A DNA stretch of 64,000 bases from a virus, in IMG/VR virus record IMGVR_UViG_3300032360_001735, positions 6,411 to 70,410 of that record. One strand, 5' to 3'. Positions within the stretch are counted from its first letter, which is position 1. Each line of letters begins with the position of its first letter. Below are positions 36,221-46,668 of this stretch, in pieces. The notes under the pieces are model-generated. The model had not been told where the DNA came from. It was given only the letters and a program-made list of their open reading frames with translations, and ran no database searches. The position numbers and the translations under genes are program-made.

Positions 36221-36495
36221 CTTATTCCCTTTGTTACTATCGTATTCGAGTAATTGAAATCCGTATCCAGTCTTAGTCCTTCTTCTTGGTTTTCTCCTAT
36301 AAAATCATCAACAAAATCGAATAGCCCCCTCTCTTTTAAATTTTTCCAATAAAAATCTATTGCTTTTTTCTCTGCTTCTAGTAATATACTATAATGAAGC
36401 TGTGTCTTCGCAACTAATGTCAAGTACCGAAAGTAAAGCCCCTCAGAGAGGGGTTCAATAGACAACGGTGACACGATTATTAGGTTCGAATTCAC
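36160..36495 (-). CDS. hypothetical protein
   Basis: 111 aa; GTGTAATT-N6-GTG upstream. Confidence 0.6.
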   Translation of the reverse strand: MNSNLIIVSPLSIEPLSEGLYFRYLTLVAKTQLHYSILLEAEKKAIDFYWKNLKERGLFDFVDDFIGENQEEGLRLDTDFNYSNTIVTKGIRWENTLTLVQNITQIKGGTR

Positions 36496-36551
36496 AGGTA
36501 TAATTACACCATATTGTTTTGATTTTTTTGCGAAATTACATATTATAAGGT

Positions 36552-37313
36552 ATGAAGCCTAAAGTTTCTCTATATACGTCCTTATTTAAGGGGGCAAAGC
36601 ACCTTAAGGGGTTCCTAGAAGACGTCGAAAGACAGACCATCTTTAAGGAGTGCGAGCTAGTTATAATCAACGCGAATTCCCCAGAAAGAGAAGAGGAAGA
36701 GGCTATTCTTAAGCCTTACCTCCACAAACACAGAGGTCACGGCAACGGCCTCATCAAATACTCGGTTCTCGATAGCGACCCCGGAGTTTACGCTGTTTGG
36801 AACCTATGCGTCAAGGAATGCTCCTCAGACCTCGTCTCAAATGCGAATGTGGACGACAGGAAGCACCCACAACACCTAGAAATGCATTATCAAGGGCTGA
36901 AGGACAACCCTGACGTAGATTTGGCGTATGCTGAGGTAGCTGTCACCTACAAGGCCAACGAGACCATGGAAAAAAACAGCGCCGTGCTGGTCCAGAACTT
37001 TCCGGAGTATTCGTTTATAAATTTAATAAAATATAACATGCCACACAACAATCCGGTATGGAGAAAATCCATTCACGAAAAACACGGATACTTTAGGGAG
37101 GATATGATTTCCGCAGCAGACTTCGACATGTGGCTAAGAGCAGCGTCAAGCGGAAGTAAATTTAAAAAGGTAAGTGGGGTGCTTAGCTTATATTATAAGA
37201 ACCCAGAGGGCGTTTCAACCAAGGGCGACACCTTGGACGAAGCAATAGCTGAGGTCAATAAACTAAGAGAAGAATACTCGCACAAGGTAGACTACAGAGA
37301 GTTAACGTTATGA
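36552..37313 (+). CDS. GT2 glycosyltransferase
   Basis: PKVSLYTS, GVYAVWN, NANVDD, ADFDMWLR. Confidence 0.88.
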   Translation: MKPKVSLYTSLFKGAKHLKGFLEDVERQTIFKECELVIINANSPEREEEEAILKPYLHKHRGHGNGLIKYSVLDSDPGVYAVWNLCVKECSSDLVSNANVDDRKHPQHLEMHYQGLKDNPDVDLAYAEVAVTYKANETMEKNSAVLVQNFPEYSFINLIKYNMPHNNPVWRKSIHEKHGYFREDMISAADFDMWLRAASSGSKFKKVSGVLSLYYKNPEGVSTKGDTLDEAIAEVNKLREEYSHKVDYRELTL

Positions 37314-38149
37314 TAATCCCAGTTTGCACAGTAGTTACGGAAAATTGTTACAATGAATTCTTGTTGTTCAAAACATCGATAGAAGCATTTCACGACTGCG
37401 AATGGTTCGTCTCGTGTGACCCGTGGGTCAAGGAACAGCTTGAGGAAGGCGAAAGACTCCACGCTCATTGCTTGATAGAGTCCGACAACTGCGACCACGT
37501 AATAAACGACGAGGAGCAAAACAAGAATTTCACTAAGTTGATCTTGACCAAATTCGACATATGCAACGAAGGGTTAAAGCATCACCCATTTGTGCTGCTC
37601 ATTGATGATGATATGATTTTTACAAACCCCATCGACGAGGTAATACTAGAGCTACTCAAGAATAAAGTAGTCGATGCCTGCGTCACGCCCCACATGACAG
37701 ACGGATACGGTGACGAAAAAGTAACTGGGTACTTTAATTGTGGTATGGTTTTTATATCCAACCCACTGTTCGTCGAACATTGGGCAACCTTAACAGCTAA
37801 CCACGAGCAGCTTGGTCTATATTACGAACAAAAACCCTTGGAGCTAGTCCTTAAGTCTTTCGTTACGGTTAACCTACCCCTCAACTACAACATCGGATGG
37901 TGGAGATTCCTTACTCCGCAAACCCAAAAGAGGCTTGAGCTCTTTAATATAAAAGACCAGAGTTTATACTTCGGCAGGAGACCGGCGATTAATTTTCACG
38001 TACACACGCTTAAAGATCTAAAATACCAGAACCAAGGACAGTTCCTTAAGGATCTTTTGTTCGACTCGCTCCCTCAGTGTTTCAACCCAGCTTACAGAAA
38101 AATAATAGAAAAATACGAGGAACTTAATAATGAAAATATACAAAGCTAG
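37310..38149 (+). CDS. GT-A (GT8-like) glycosyltransferase
   Basis: LLIDDDMIF DxD, YFNCGMVF, EQKPLE, YNIGWW. Confidence 0.75.
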   Translation: MIIPVCTVVTENCYNEFLLFKTSIEAFHDCEWFVSCDPWVKEQLEEGERLHAHCLIESDNCDHVINDEEQNKNFTKLILTKFDICNEGLKHHPFVLLIDDDMIFTNPIDEVILELLKNKVVDACVTPHMTDGYGDEKVTGYFNCGMVFISNPLFVEHWATLTANHEQLGLYYEQKPLELVLKSFVTVNLPLNYNIGWWRFLTPQTQKRLELFNIKDQSLYFGRRPAINFHVHTLKDLKYQNQGQFLKDLLFDSLPQCFNPAYRKIIEKYEELNNENIQS

Positions 38150-38951
38150 AACGGCTTGGACGGACTCCTTCCCCGAACTGCTATCCATGTGGGAAGAGAA
38201 AGGGTGGGTCGAGGTGATACAGACGGAAAACAAATGCACTTGGGTAGAAAACGAAGGAGATATACTGCTCTATGAGCACGACACCCTTGGTCAGCTTCCG
38301 ATGGACTGGAACTATGGTCTTTTTGCCACTTCAGTTCATCACGGGCACAAAAGCAGCCCATGGATACTCTGGCCTAGGCACCCAAGAAATCTAGAACAAC
38401 TACTCGATGAAGAAGGAATACTTAATCATAACCAGAAGGACATAGAGTCTATTTTCCTAGGTAAAGTGGAGAACCCGGTTCAGAAAGAAAGAAGAACCGC
38501 CTACGACTGGAGTAGATGTGTCGAAGAATTCTCAATGCCTGTTGAACTCGGTATATCTGGGAACTATAAACTGCCAAACATGGAATATCTGAAGAGGATA
38601 AGAAGGGCCAAGTTTGGCTTGTGTCTTCCCGGCTATGGTTCCAAGTGTCAAAGAGAGGTGGAGCTTATGGGGGTAGGAACAGTGCCTATCATAACCAAAG
38701 GGGTTGATACTACATATTTCCGATCTCTCATAGAAGGGGTGCACTATCTTTACGCGGAAAGCCCAGATCACGTTAATGAAATAATAGATAGCTGCTCCGT
38801 CCAAAAATGGAAACAGATGCAAGCTAATTGCGTGGACTGGTACATGCATAGCGCTTCGCGAGAAGGGTCACTTGAAACGACTCAACTAATAATCATGAGA
38901 TACCTAAACGAAAGCGGTAGGAGCTCAGAAATAGCCTTTGATGATGAATAA
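38130..38951 (+). CDS. GT-B exostosin/GT47-like protein
   Basis: AKFGLCLPGYG.KCQREVE.M..GTVPI. Confidence 0.65.
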   Translation: MKIYKARTAWTDSFPELLSMWEEKGWVEVIQTENKCTWVENEGDILLYEHDTLGQLPMDWNYGLFATSVHHGHKSSPWILWPRHPRNLEQLLDEEGILNHNQKDIESIFLGKVENPVQKERRTAYDWSRCVEEFSMPVELGISGNYKLPNMEYLKRIRRAKFGLCLPGYGSKCQREVELMGVGTVPIITKGVDTTYFRSLIEGVHYLYAESPDHVNEIIDSCSVQKWKQMQANCVDWYMHSASREGSLETTQLIIMRYLNESGRSSEIAFDDE

Positions 38952-39855
38952 GATTAAACCACGGCACAAGAGTCCAGCGGAAGAGTATAAAAATAAATGC
39001 CTAAGCTCCGAAGATCTAAACAGCAAGCTTAGAACCCTTGTCCTCGAAGGCACCCCCGTTAGCGCCGCCAAGATGGGCATGGTCGAAGCGCTGTCCGTTT
39101 ACCACTATCTACTCCGCAAAGAAAAAGGACACAAGACTGAATATCTTGGCATAGGGCAGCTTATGTTCGTTAACGCTGGGATTTTCCCACCAACAGTTGA
39201 GTCGTTTGATAAGTTCAACGAGACCTACCTCTCCTACTTCTCTGATTTGGATTTATTTGGAATGTGGATATGGGGACCAGAACCCTGTGGCGAATACGAA
39301 AAGTTAGTGTACGACGAATACACAACCGACGCGTCCCTGTGCCTTGGCGGTGATTGGATGCCCTTCTTCCGTGAAAAGCCTTGGACAGCAGAGCTAAAAG
39401 ATAAAAGAGTGCTTGTTATAAGCCCGTTTGCGGGCACCATAACCGAACAATATGAAAAGCGCGAAAAAATTTGGGACAGCAACCCAGACGTGCTACCATC
39501 CTTTGATCTTAAAACTATAAAATGTCCACTCTCAGCGGGGATAAGTGATTCACCATTCACAGACTGGACAGAAGGCCTTCACGCCATGGAAGACATAATG
39601 GATAAAACAGACTTCGATGTATGCTTTGTCGGTGCGGGAGCATGGGGACTGCCTCTAGCTGTTCACGCCAGAAGACTAGGCAAAATAGGAATCCATGGGG
39701 GAGGAGACACTCAACTCTTGTTCGGCATAAAAGGGAAAAGATGGGACGACAACCCAAACATAAGCGACAAGCTATACAACGAGCACTGGGTTAGGCCATC
39801 CCAAAATGAAACCCCAACAAACAGAAGGTTTATTGAAGATGGATGCTACTGGTAA
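38938..39855 (+). CDS. conserved glycan-cluster protein (GT-D-like)
   Basis: KRVLVISPF, FDVCFVGAGAWGLPL, IHGGG.TQLLFGIKG.RWD. Confidence 0.6.
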   Translation: MMMNKIKPRHKSPAEEYKNKCLSSEDLNSKLRTLVLEGTPVSAAKMGMVEALSVYHYLLRKEKGHKTEYLGIGQLMFVNAGIFPPTVESFDKFNETYLSYFSDLDLFGMWIWGPEPCGEYEKLVYDEYTTDASLCLGGDWMPFFREKPWTAELKDKRVLVISPFAGTITEQYEKREKIWDSNPDVLPSFDLKTIKCPLSAGISDSPFTDWTEGLHAMEDIMDKTDFDVCFVGAGAWGLPLAVHARRLGKIGIHGGGDTQLLFGIKGKRWDDNPNISDKLYNEHWVRPSQNETPTNRRFIEDGCYW

Positions 39856-40159
39856 AACGCTAGAAAAAAAAGTGAAAGGGCTAGAAAAACTACGAGCAAA
39901 GCTGGAGAGAGAACAGAAAAAAGAGCTCACAGAAAAAGAACAGTTTTACAAAGGCCAAGTAGACGTACTATCAAAACTCCAAGTTGGACCAGAAGAACAA
40001 GCTAAAGTGCAAGAACAAATGAACGACATAAGAGCTAAACAAGTAGAAGAGCATAACAATATAATAAGGAACAGCGAAATTAAAATAAGCTCTGTTTACG
40101 CTCAAATAAATTTACTAACTGAGTTCATCGCCGAGGGATATAAACTAGAGAAAAAATGA
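39806..40159 (+). CDS. coiled-coil hypothetical protein
   Basis: K/E/Q-rich helical ORF. Confidence 0.55.
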   Translation: MKPQQTEGLLKMDATGKTLEKKVKGLEKLRAKLEREQKKELTEKEQFYKGQVDVLSKLQVGPEEQAKVQEQMNDIRAKQVEEHNNIIRNSEIKISSVYAQINLLTEFIAEGYKLEKK

Positions 40160-40935
40160 AAAAAATATTTTTAGTAATAGCAGACTATAAAGACGAAAAG
40201 CAAGACCTTTTCGAGAACAAGATCTCTCCAATAAACGAAGCGTACTGCCTTAAGCACGGGTTCGAGTACATGTTCGTAAAAGAGGACACTCCGCCCATGA
40301 TAAGAGATAACCCTACTTGGTGGAAGTTTACCATACTTCAGGAACTCTTGGATAAAAAGCAGCTAAATGACGGCGACGTTTTCACTCATCTAGACGCGGA
40401 CATGGTCATAGTCGACGACAGCATGTCGTACCAGACCAGCAAGTCTTTTTCCTACTCGATAGACAATGGTAACAGCCACTGCATGGGCAACTACACAATG
40501 ACCATAAACGACTGGTCAAGGAAGCTCATAAAAAACGTACTGAAAGACGAACAACTTAAAAAAATGCACAACGATCCAGAGTGGAGGTCTTATTGGGCTA
40601 CTGGCGGAGGAGTTATGAGAGAGCAGGGCGTCTGGTATACCCTAGCTGGAATTCAACCGCATAGCTGGGTTCCCTTCCCCGATCTGCCTAACTCCGGATT
40701 CCATTCGAAAACTACCCCCGAACCAGTCTACTCCCTAGAAGAACTCGAAGAACACGTGGAAATCAGAGGCCCAGAATGGAACTGCACGCTTCTTTCTGAA
40801 GAAGCTGACGACCATATCAGTCAATCCTTACAAAAATATAACATAGTCAGAAGTAAAAAAGAAGATATAATAATTAGGCATTTTGCTGGTGGTCAACGAT
40901 GGAGAGAAGAATATCTTAATTTGCATGAAAGATAA
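40156..40935 (+). CDS. GT34/MNN10-like glycosyltransferase
   Basis: YCLKHGFEY, WWKF, LDADM, HFAG. Confidence 0.7.
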   Translation: MKKIFLVIADYKDEKQDLFENKISPINEAYCLKHGFEYMFVKEDTPPMIRDNPTWWKFTILQELLDKKQLNDGDVFTHLDADMVIVDDSMSYQTSKSFSYSIDNGNSHCMGNYTMTINDWSRKLIKNVLKDEQLKKMHNDPEWRSYWATGGGVMREQGVWYTLAGIQPHSWVPFPDLPNSGFHSKTTPEPVYSLEELEEHVEIRGPEWNCTLLSEEADDHISQSLQKYNIVRSKKEDIIIRHFAGGQRWREEYLNLHER

Positions 40936-41839
40936 ACTAAGAATAAATTTTGTAGACTTCTGGCCCAACCTCGAGAAGCGTGATAATTATTTTTATCACT
41001 TGCTCTCTACTGAGTTCGACGTGGTTATAGACGAAGAAGAACCTGAAATTCTTTTCCATTCTGTCGACTACCTTAACGAACAGAACCACAAAAAGTACGA
41101 CAACGGAAGAACGGTAAAAGTTTTTTATACCGGCGAGAACCAAAGGCCCGACTTCGACGAAACCCATTTCGCCTTCTCATTTGATTATTCTGATGACTCA
41201 AGGAACTATAGGCTACCGCTATGGATGCTACATTTAAATTGGTTTGATGTTCCACACAACGAGGACAGAGACCAATCCTACCTGCATTCCTTGGACGATT
41301 TTCTAGATAAAAAAATAGACATAGACAAGATAAGAGAAACAAAAAAAGAATTTTGCACATTCATATCCTCTGTCGCCAAAGGTCGCCGAGTTGATTTTGT
41401 ACCAAAACTACACAACAAATACAAGCCTATAGCATGCGCCGGAGGCTTGTTTAATAATGTACGCGGTAAACTTAATGGACGAGGAGACCAAAGGTGGAAA
41501 ATAGAATTTTTAAATTTATTTAAATTCAACATAAGCTTCGAGCACACAAGACAGCCCGGTTATGTTACAGAAAAAATAATTCACCCCATGTTTGCCAACA
41601 CTATACCTATTTATTGGGGGAGTAGACGGGTAGAGGAGGAATTTAACCCGAAGAGCTTTATTAATGGAAATAAATACCACAATGATGAAGAACTTATTGA
41701 CGTCATAGCAAAGATAGACAGCGACGAAGATCTATATATATCAATGCTAAACGAACCTTGGTTCAACAACAATGAAATACCAGAGTACGCAAAGCCAGAA
41801 AACGTCATGAAATTTTTTAAAGAAAAGGTGTTAGCGTAA
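40925..41839 (+). CDS. GT10 alpha-1,3/4-fucosyltransferase
   Basis: FYTGENQRPDF, FSFDY..NYRLP, FKFNISFE...GYVTEKI, PIYWG. Confidence 0.9.
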   Translation: MKDKLRINFVDFWPNLEKRDNYFYHLLSTEFDVVIDEEEPEILFHSVDYLNEQNHKKYDNGRTVKVFYTGENQRPDFDETHFAFSFDYSDDSRNYRLPLWMLHLNWFDVPHNEDRDQSYLHSLDDFLDKKIDIDKIRETKKEFCTFISSVAKGRRVDFVPKLHNKYKPIACAGGLFNNVRGKLNGRGDQRWKIEFLNLFKFNISFEHTRQPGYVTEKIIHPMFANTIPIYWGSRRVEEEFNPKSFINGNKYHNDEELIDVIAKIDSDEDLYISMLNEPWFNNNEIPEYAKPENVMKFFKEKVLA

Positions 41840-42594
41840 TGAGGCTGCCAAGTTTAAATATTTTTGAAAAATACGCCCATATAGACCCCGGAGGGCCAAG
41901 CCTTCCAAGGCCTCAGCCTTCTGACTGGGCATTTAATTTCTTCGGGGAGCAAGAGTCCTTGTTCTTTGTCGAAGTCGGAGCTTACGACGGGGTAGGGTGC
42001 AGCAACTGCCTGCTCTTCGAGGAGGCGTACAACTGGGACGGCATCTGCATAGAACCGCACCCCGAATCGTTCAGGCAGCTTGAAATAAACAGGCCCAGAC
42101 CAAAAAAATATAACTTAGGGTTAAGCTCTACCGGTGGAACTTTAGAATTTTGGCAAGTCAATGGTTCCGCGGCGTCCCTTAGTGGATTTAAGGATTTTTT
42201 TGATGACGATCACGAATCCAGAATATATGAGGAAATAGAGAAACACGGTGGCGATGTTGAAAAAAAAGAAATAGAATCTGTAAGACTTGAAGATCTTTTA
42301 AAAGAAAACAACATTAAAAGAATAAATTACCTTAGTATTGACGCAGAAGGCGCAGACTTTGATATTCTAGAGAGTATTAACTTTGATGAGGTAGCGATTG
42401 ATTTTATTAGCTGCGAGAGGAGCGACTCTCCAGAGCAAATTTATAAAGTTGCGCAGTTTCTAGCGTCGAAAGGGTTCCTGCCTGCGGGGTGGTGTTGCGC
42501 CGACATATTTTACTGGAAGCCGTTGCAACAGCATCAGGATCATAAGAAGAGGCGGAAGGGAGGTAGGTTGCGTCATGAAGCTCAATGTAGATAA
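41839..42594 (+). CDS. FkbM-family methyltransferase
   Basis: FFVEVGAYDG, WDGICIEPH, YLSIDAEG. Confidence 0.9.
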   Translation: MRLPSLNIFEKYAHIDPGGPSLPRPQPSDWAFNFFGEQESLFFVEVGAYDGVGCSNCLLFEEAYNWDGICIEPHPESFRQLEINRPRPKKYNLGLSSTGGTLEFWQVNGSAASLSGFKDFFDDDHESRIYEEIEKHGGDVEKKEIESVRLEDLLKENNIKRINYLSIDAEGADFDILESINFDEVAIDFISCERSDSPEQIYKVAQFLASKGFLPAGWCCADIFYWKPLQQHQDHKKRRKGGRLRHEAQCR

Positions 42595-43288
42595 AATATT
42601 TTGCTGCCACCACCCCTCTGAATTTCTCAAGAGTAGGAAGGAAAAGTTAGTAAACTTTTTTAAAGAAAACGACATAGACGTCGAGTGGGTTGAAGGATTC
42701 CCTCCGGAAGAAGCCGAAAACTACGATTACAGCGGGTTAGTACACAGGACAATGACTAGAGGACCTATGGACTGCAGAACCGACGAGGCAAAAGCTAAAG
42801 ATCTTTCTCGCAAGGGCGTATCTCTCATATTAAAGCATAATTATTGCTACGAGCAACAAATTAAAAACAATTACAAAAACATATTGATACTAGAAGACGA
42901 TGTAGATCTTTTCTCCGGCTTTTCCGAACAATATTTCAATAAATGCATGCGAGAATTCGAGGCCGCCGGTTTAGAAATGCTATACTTAGGCTCATGCTGC
43001 GAGATGAAGCACCCAGAAGCCAGACCAGACAAGTATGTTTACTACGATCACTACACGAAACCACTTCCATCTAGATGCACCCACTGTTACGTAGTCAGCA
43101 CAGAAGGAGCCCGCAAAACACTGAAGCACTCATTCGGTATGTTCGACTCCGTAGACTGGCAATTGAACTGGATAATAGAAAAAGAAAAAATAAAAAATAG
43201 CTGGGCAGAACCCAGCGTAAGGCAGCTAAACCTTGGCTCATCTCTTAATTCAGAGGGAGATCCAGAAAACCTACAGGTAGATGAATAA
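42575..43288 (+). CDS. GT25 glycosyltransferase
   Basis: SLILKH, ILILEDDV, THCYVVS.EGARK. Confidence 0.8.
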   Translation: MKLNVDKIFCCHHPSEFLKSRKEKLVNFFKENDIDVEWVEGFPPEEAENYDYSGLVHRTMTRGPMDCRTDEAKAKDLSRKGVSLILKHNYCYEQQIKNNYKNILILEDDVDLFSGFSEQYFNKCMREFEAAGLEMLYLGSCCEMKHPEARPDKYVYYDHYTKPLPSRCTHCYVVSTEGARKTLKHSFGMFDSVDWQLNWIIEKEKIKNSWAEPSVRQLNLGSSLNSEGDPENLQVDE

Positions 43289-44399
43289 GCCCAAAACCAA
43301 GGTAGCGTTTGTTAAGTTCGCCGGCATGGCTTCCGGAGGGGTCGAAAAATATCTTCAGACCATTGCCTGCATGCTGCCTAAAGACGAGTTTGAAGTAGAT
43401 TATTTTTACACAAACGCCGCTCCTTTCATCAATTCCGATTTCGTACACCCAGACAATGATCCAGAAAGACTCAAGCTGGTAGACTCCCACGGCGTCAGGA
43501 CCATTAAGGTCCACGTGGATGCAAAGTTCGGCGACCCAGAGCCTTACGAATGGGTAAACACAGATTTTTGGGAGCTATTTGACGAGTCTAAGTACGACGC
43601 AGTAACAACCGCGGGAGCGGGATGCCTAGAGTATCCATATAATTTAATCAACAAAACTAAAATAATAGCAACCATCCATGGCTTTCATGGCTATGACAGA
43701 CCCAATATTCACAAGGCTATTCTTTTGTGCGATTGGCAAGCGGGTGAATGGGCAAAAAACGGCGGAGATATAAGCAAAGCCGTTACTATACCCGGCTTAA
43801 TAGAAGCTCCCCCGAAGAAAGAAAGCACAATCAGAGAAGTTATGAGTATACCGCGGGACGCCTTTGTATACGGGTTCCATCAAGGGAACAGGGAGGAGAT
43901 ATTCTCGCCAGCGTCCTTACAAGCATACGACCTAATCAAAAATCCCAATAACTACTTTGTTATGATGGGCGGAGCAAACAAGCATAGGGAGCTAGGCAAG
44001 CAACTCAACTGCCCTAATATAAAATTTATAAACTTTTCAAGCTCGACAGAAGATATCCATAATTTTTTAGGAGGCATAGACGTCTTCGCTCACGCCAGAG
44101 CAGATGGAGAAGTGTGCTCTGGGGCTATAATAGAAGCCCTGTACCATGGTAAACCTGTCATATCCCACCCAGCATTGAACATGGGGCACGCCGAACAGGT
44201 AGACGGATGCGGAAAACTGGTTTACACCTTAGAGGAATACGCAAAAGAGATGCTCAAACTAGAAAGAGATAAAGATCATTACAATAACATGTCGAAAAAT
44301 GCACTTGAAAAATATCGAAAAAAATACGACTATAACGTGATAAAAAGAAAAATATTAGATGTGTATCTCGAATTAAGACACCTAAACGAAAGCGAATAG
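43281..44399 (+). CDS. GT4 glycosyltransferase
   Basis: SGGVEKY, DVFAHARADGE...IIEALYHGKPVI. Confidence 0.85.
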   Translation: MNKPKTKVAFVKFAGMASGGVEKYLQTIACMLPKDEFEVDYFYTNAAPFINSDFVHPDNDPERLKLVDSHGVRTIKVHVDAKFGDPEPYEWVNTDFWELFDESKYDAVTTAGAGCLEYPYNLINKTKIIATIHGFHGYDRPNIHKAILLCDWQAGEWAKNGGDISKAVTIPGLIEAPPKKESTIREVMSIPRDAFVYGFHQGNREEIFSPASLQAYDLIKNPNNYFVMMGGANKHRELGKQLNCPNIKFINFSSSTEDIHNFLGGIDVFAHARADGEVCSGAIIEALYHGKPVISHPALNMGHAEQVDGCGKLVYTLEEYAKEMLKLERDKDHYNNMSKNALEKYRKKYDYNVIKRKILDVYLELRHLNESE

Positions 44400-44402
44400 A
44401 AT

Positions 44403-44981
44403 ATGAACGAAATAAAAAACGATGTAAAAAGGTATCTTGGGGAGGTTTCTACCATATGTAGCTCTATAGACCAAGAAGACATAACGAACTTCTGCGGAGG
44501 CATAAAAAATATCAAAGAAAATGGGGGGCGTTTATTTATCATGGGTGTCGGCGGTAGCGCCGCGAACTCTTCCCACGCAGTAAATGATTTCCGAAAAATT
44601 CTAGGTCTGGAAACGTACTGCCCCTTCGACAACGTTTCCGAGCTAACAGCGAGAATAAACGACGACGGCTGGGACACATCCGTATCAAACTGGCTTAAAG
44701 TCTCTAGGATAAACGAGAAAGACGGGGTGATGGTCTACTCTGTTAGCGGGGGAGGAGAGAACACATCTCAAAATCTAGTTAAAGCCATGCTTGCAGCGAA
44801 AGAAGTTGGCGCGAAAGTGTTCTCCATTACTGGAAGGACCGACGGGGAAGCCAACAAGTTGGCGGATTACCCCGTGGTTGTACCAAACGTTTCAGAGGAG
44901 AGAGTAACCCCCCATACCGAAGAATGGCAAGGCGTAGTATGGCACCTAGTAGTTAACGTATTAAAGGATAATTTAAAATGA
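44403..44981 (+). CDS. gmhA: SIS-domain phosphoheptose isomerase
   Basis: GVGGSAANSSHAVND, TARINDDG, SVSGG, HTEEWQ. Confidence 0.8.
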   Translation: MNEIKNDVKRYLGEVSTICSSIDQEDITNFCGGIKNIKENGGRLFIMGVGGSAANSSHAVNDFRKILGLETYCPFDNVSELTARINDDGWDTSVSNWLKVSRINEKDGVMVYSVSGGGENTSQNLVKAMLAAKEVGAKVFSITGRTDGEANKLADYPVVVPNVSEERVTPHTEEWQGVVWHLVVNVLKDNLK

Positions 44982-45685
44982 ATGTAAAACTTTTTGCAGA
45001 TGGGGCAGTCATTTCAGAGATGGTCGACTGTTACAACAATGGATCAGTGCAGGGGTTCACGACTAACCCCACCTTAATGCGTCAAGCGGGTATTGAAGAC
45101 TACGAAAGCTTCGCTAAAGAAGCGTTAGAAAAAATTCCTGATGCACCCATTTCATTCGAAGTGTTCTCTGATGATTTTCCAGATATGCACAGACAAGCTC
45201 TTAAGCTTCACAACATGGGAAAAAATGTTTACGTCAAAATACCAATCACGAACACAAAGAGCGAGAGCAGCCTCCCATTAATAAAAAGCCTTGTCGATGA
45301 GGGAGTCAAGGTAAACACTACTGCTATCATGACAGTGTATCAAGTTAGGGACCTATGCGAGGTGCTCTCACCAGACGTACCCAGCGTCGTTTCTGTATTT
45401 GCTGGCAGAATTGCCGATTCCCTTCGTGACCCAGACCCCATAATGAGAATGTGTAAGCTAGAATTGAGTTATTACCGCTTGAAACATTCAGCAGAACTGC
45501 TATGGGCAAGCTGCAGGGAGGTTTACAATATAAAACAAGCAGACGATTGCGGGTGCGAAATCATTACGGTGTCGCCTTCTATTCTAAAAAAATTAAAACT
45601 GAAAGGCAAGGACCTAGAGGAGTACTCTCTAGAAACAGTACAAATGTTTTACGATGACGCTTCTCAGGCCGGATACAAACTATGA
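44978..45685 (+). CDS. tal: transaldolase (short TalC/FSA type)
   Basis: GFTTNPTLM, SFEV, YVKIP, SVFAGRIAD, WASCRE. Confidence 0.92.
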   Translation: MNVKLFADGAVISEMVDCYNNGSVQGFTTNPTLMRQAGIEDYESFAKEALEKIPDAPISFEVFSDDFPDMHRQALKLHNMGKNVYVKIPITNTKSESSLPLIKSLVDEGVKVNTTAIMTVYQVRDLCEVLSPDVPSVVSVFAGRIADSLRDPDPIMRMCKLELSYYRLKHSAELLWASCREVYNIKQADDCGCEIITVSPSILKKLKLKGKDLEEYSLETVQMFYDDASQAGYKL

Positions 45686-46662
45686 TTATAACCCGGGCTC
45701 CATTCAGAATAACCCTTGGCGGCGGAGGCACAGACCTCCCCTCGTTCTACGAGAAGAACGAAGGTTTTGTATTGACCATGGCGATAGACAAACACATCTA
45801 CGTCACATTTAAAAAAAATATCCTAGAGCCCAAAATAAGGCTTCAATATTTGAAGACTGAATTCGTAGACACCCCAAGGGAACTAGAACATGAACGAGCA
45901 AGAGAAGCCCTCCTCTTGCACGAGGTTACAAGAGGCGCGGAGATAAGCAGCATAGCAGACCTGCCGTCTCGGGCAGGACTGGGGTCTTCCGGTAGTTACT
46001 TAGTGGCCCTACTCACCGCGTTAAGATGCCATAAGAAGCTGTCTCCCGAACCGAAGATCATAGCTGAAGAAGCCTGCCGTATAGAAATCGACATACTCAA
46101 GGAGCCAGTAGGAAAACAAGATCAATATATAGCTGCTTTTGGCGGGGTGAAAAGCTTATATATAAACCGTCATGGAAAAGTCGAAGTAGAAGATTTGAAC
46201 TTATCACAGAGCAGCATGCAGGACCTCTTATCCTCTGTTCATATTTACTACACCGGCGTGTTACGGTCTGCATCAGAGATCTTAAAGGAGCAGTCTTCCC
46301 TGCAAAACAACGCAGAAGAGAACCTAAAACAAATAAAAGACATAGGCTACGAAGTAAAAGAGAGCTTGCTCAGTGCAAACTTCGACAACTTTGGCTTACT
46401 CATGAACAAACACTGGCAATTAAAAAAACAATTATCAAAAAAAATTAGCCTTTCCTCGATGGATAAGCTTTATGATATAGTTAAAGAAAGATTCGGCGTC
46501 CTTGGCGGGAAAATAATCGGCGCTGGAGGGGGAGGCTTTATTATGCTGTATGCCCCCAAGAATCGCGCAGAGCTTGAATCTTTTATGAATGAAAACGGAT
46601 ATCCAAGAGTGAGTTATAACATAGATTACTCTGGATGCCAAACAATAGCGAACTTTGGATAA
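45682..46662 (+). CDS. GHMP sugar kinase (HddA-like heptose-7-phosphate kinase)
   Basis: PFRITLGGGGTD, GLGSSG, GKQDQY, GAGGGGF. Confidence 0.88.
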   Translation: MIITRAPFRITLGGGGTDLPSFYEKNEGFVLTMAIDKHIYVTFKKNILEPKIRLQYLKTEFVDTPRELEHERAREALLLHEVTRGAEISSIADLPSRAGLGSSGSYLVALLTALRCHKKLSPEPKIIAEEACRIEIDILKEPVGKQDQYIAAFGGVKSLYINRHGKVEVEDLNLSQSSMQDLLSSVHIYYTGVLRSASEILKEQSSLQNNAEENLKQIKDIGYEVKESLLSANFDNFGLLMNKHWQLKKQLSKKISLSSMDKLYDIVKERFGVLGGKIIGAGGGGFIMLYAPKNRAELESFMNENGYPRVSYNIDYSGCQTIANFG

Positions 46663-46668
46663 AATAAA

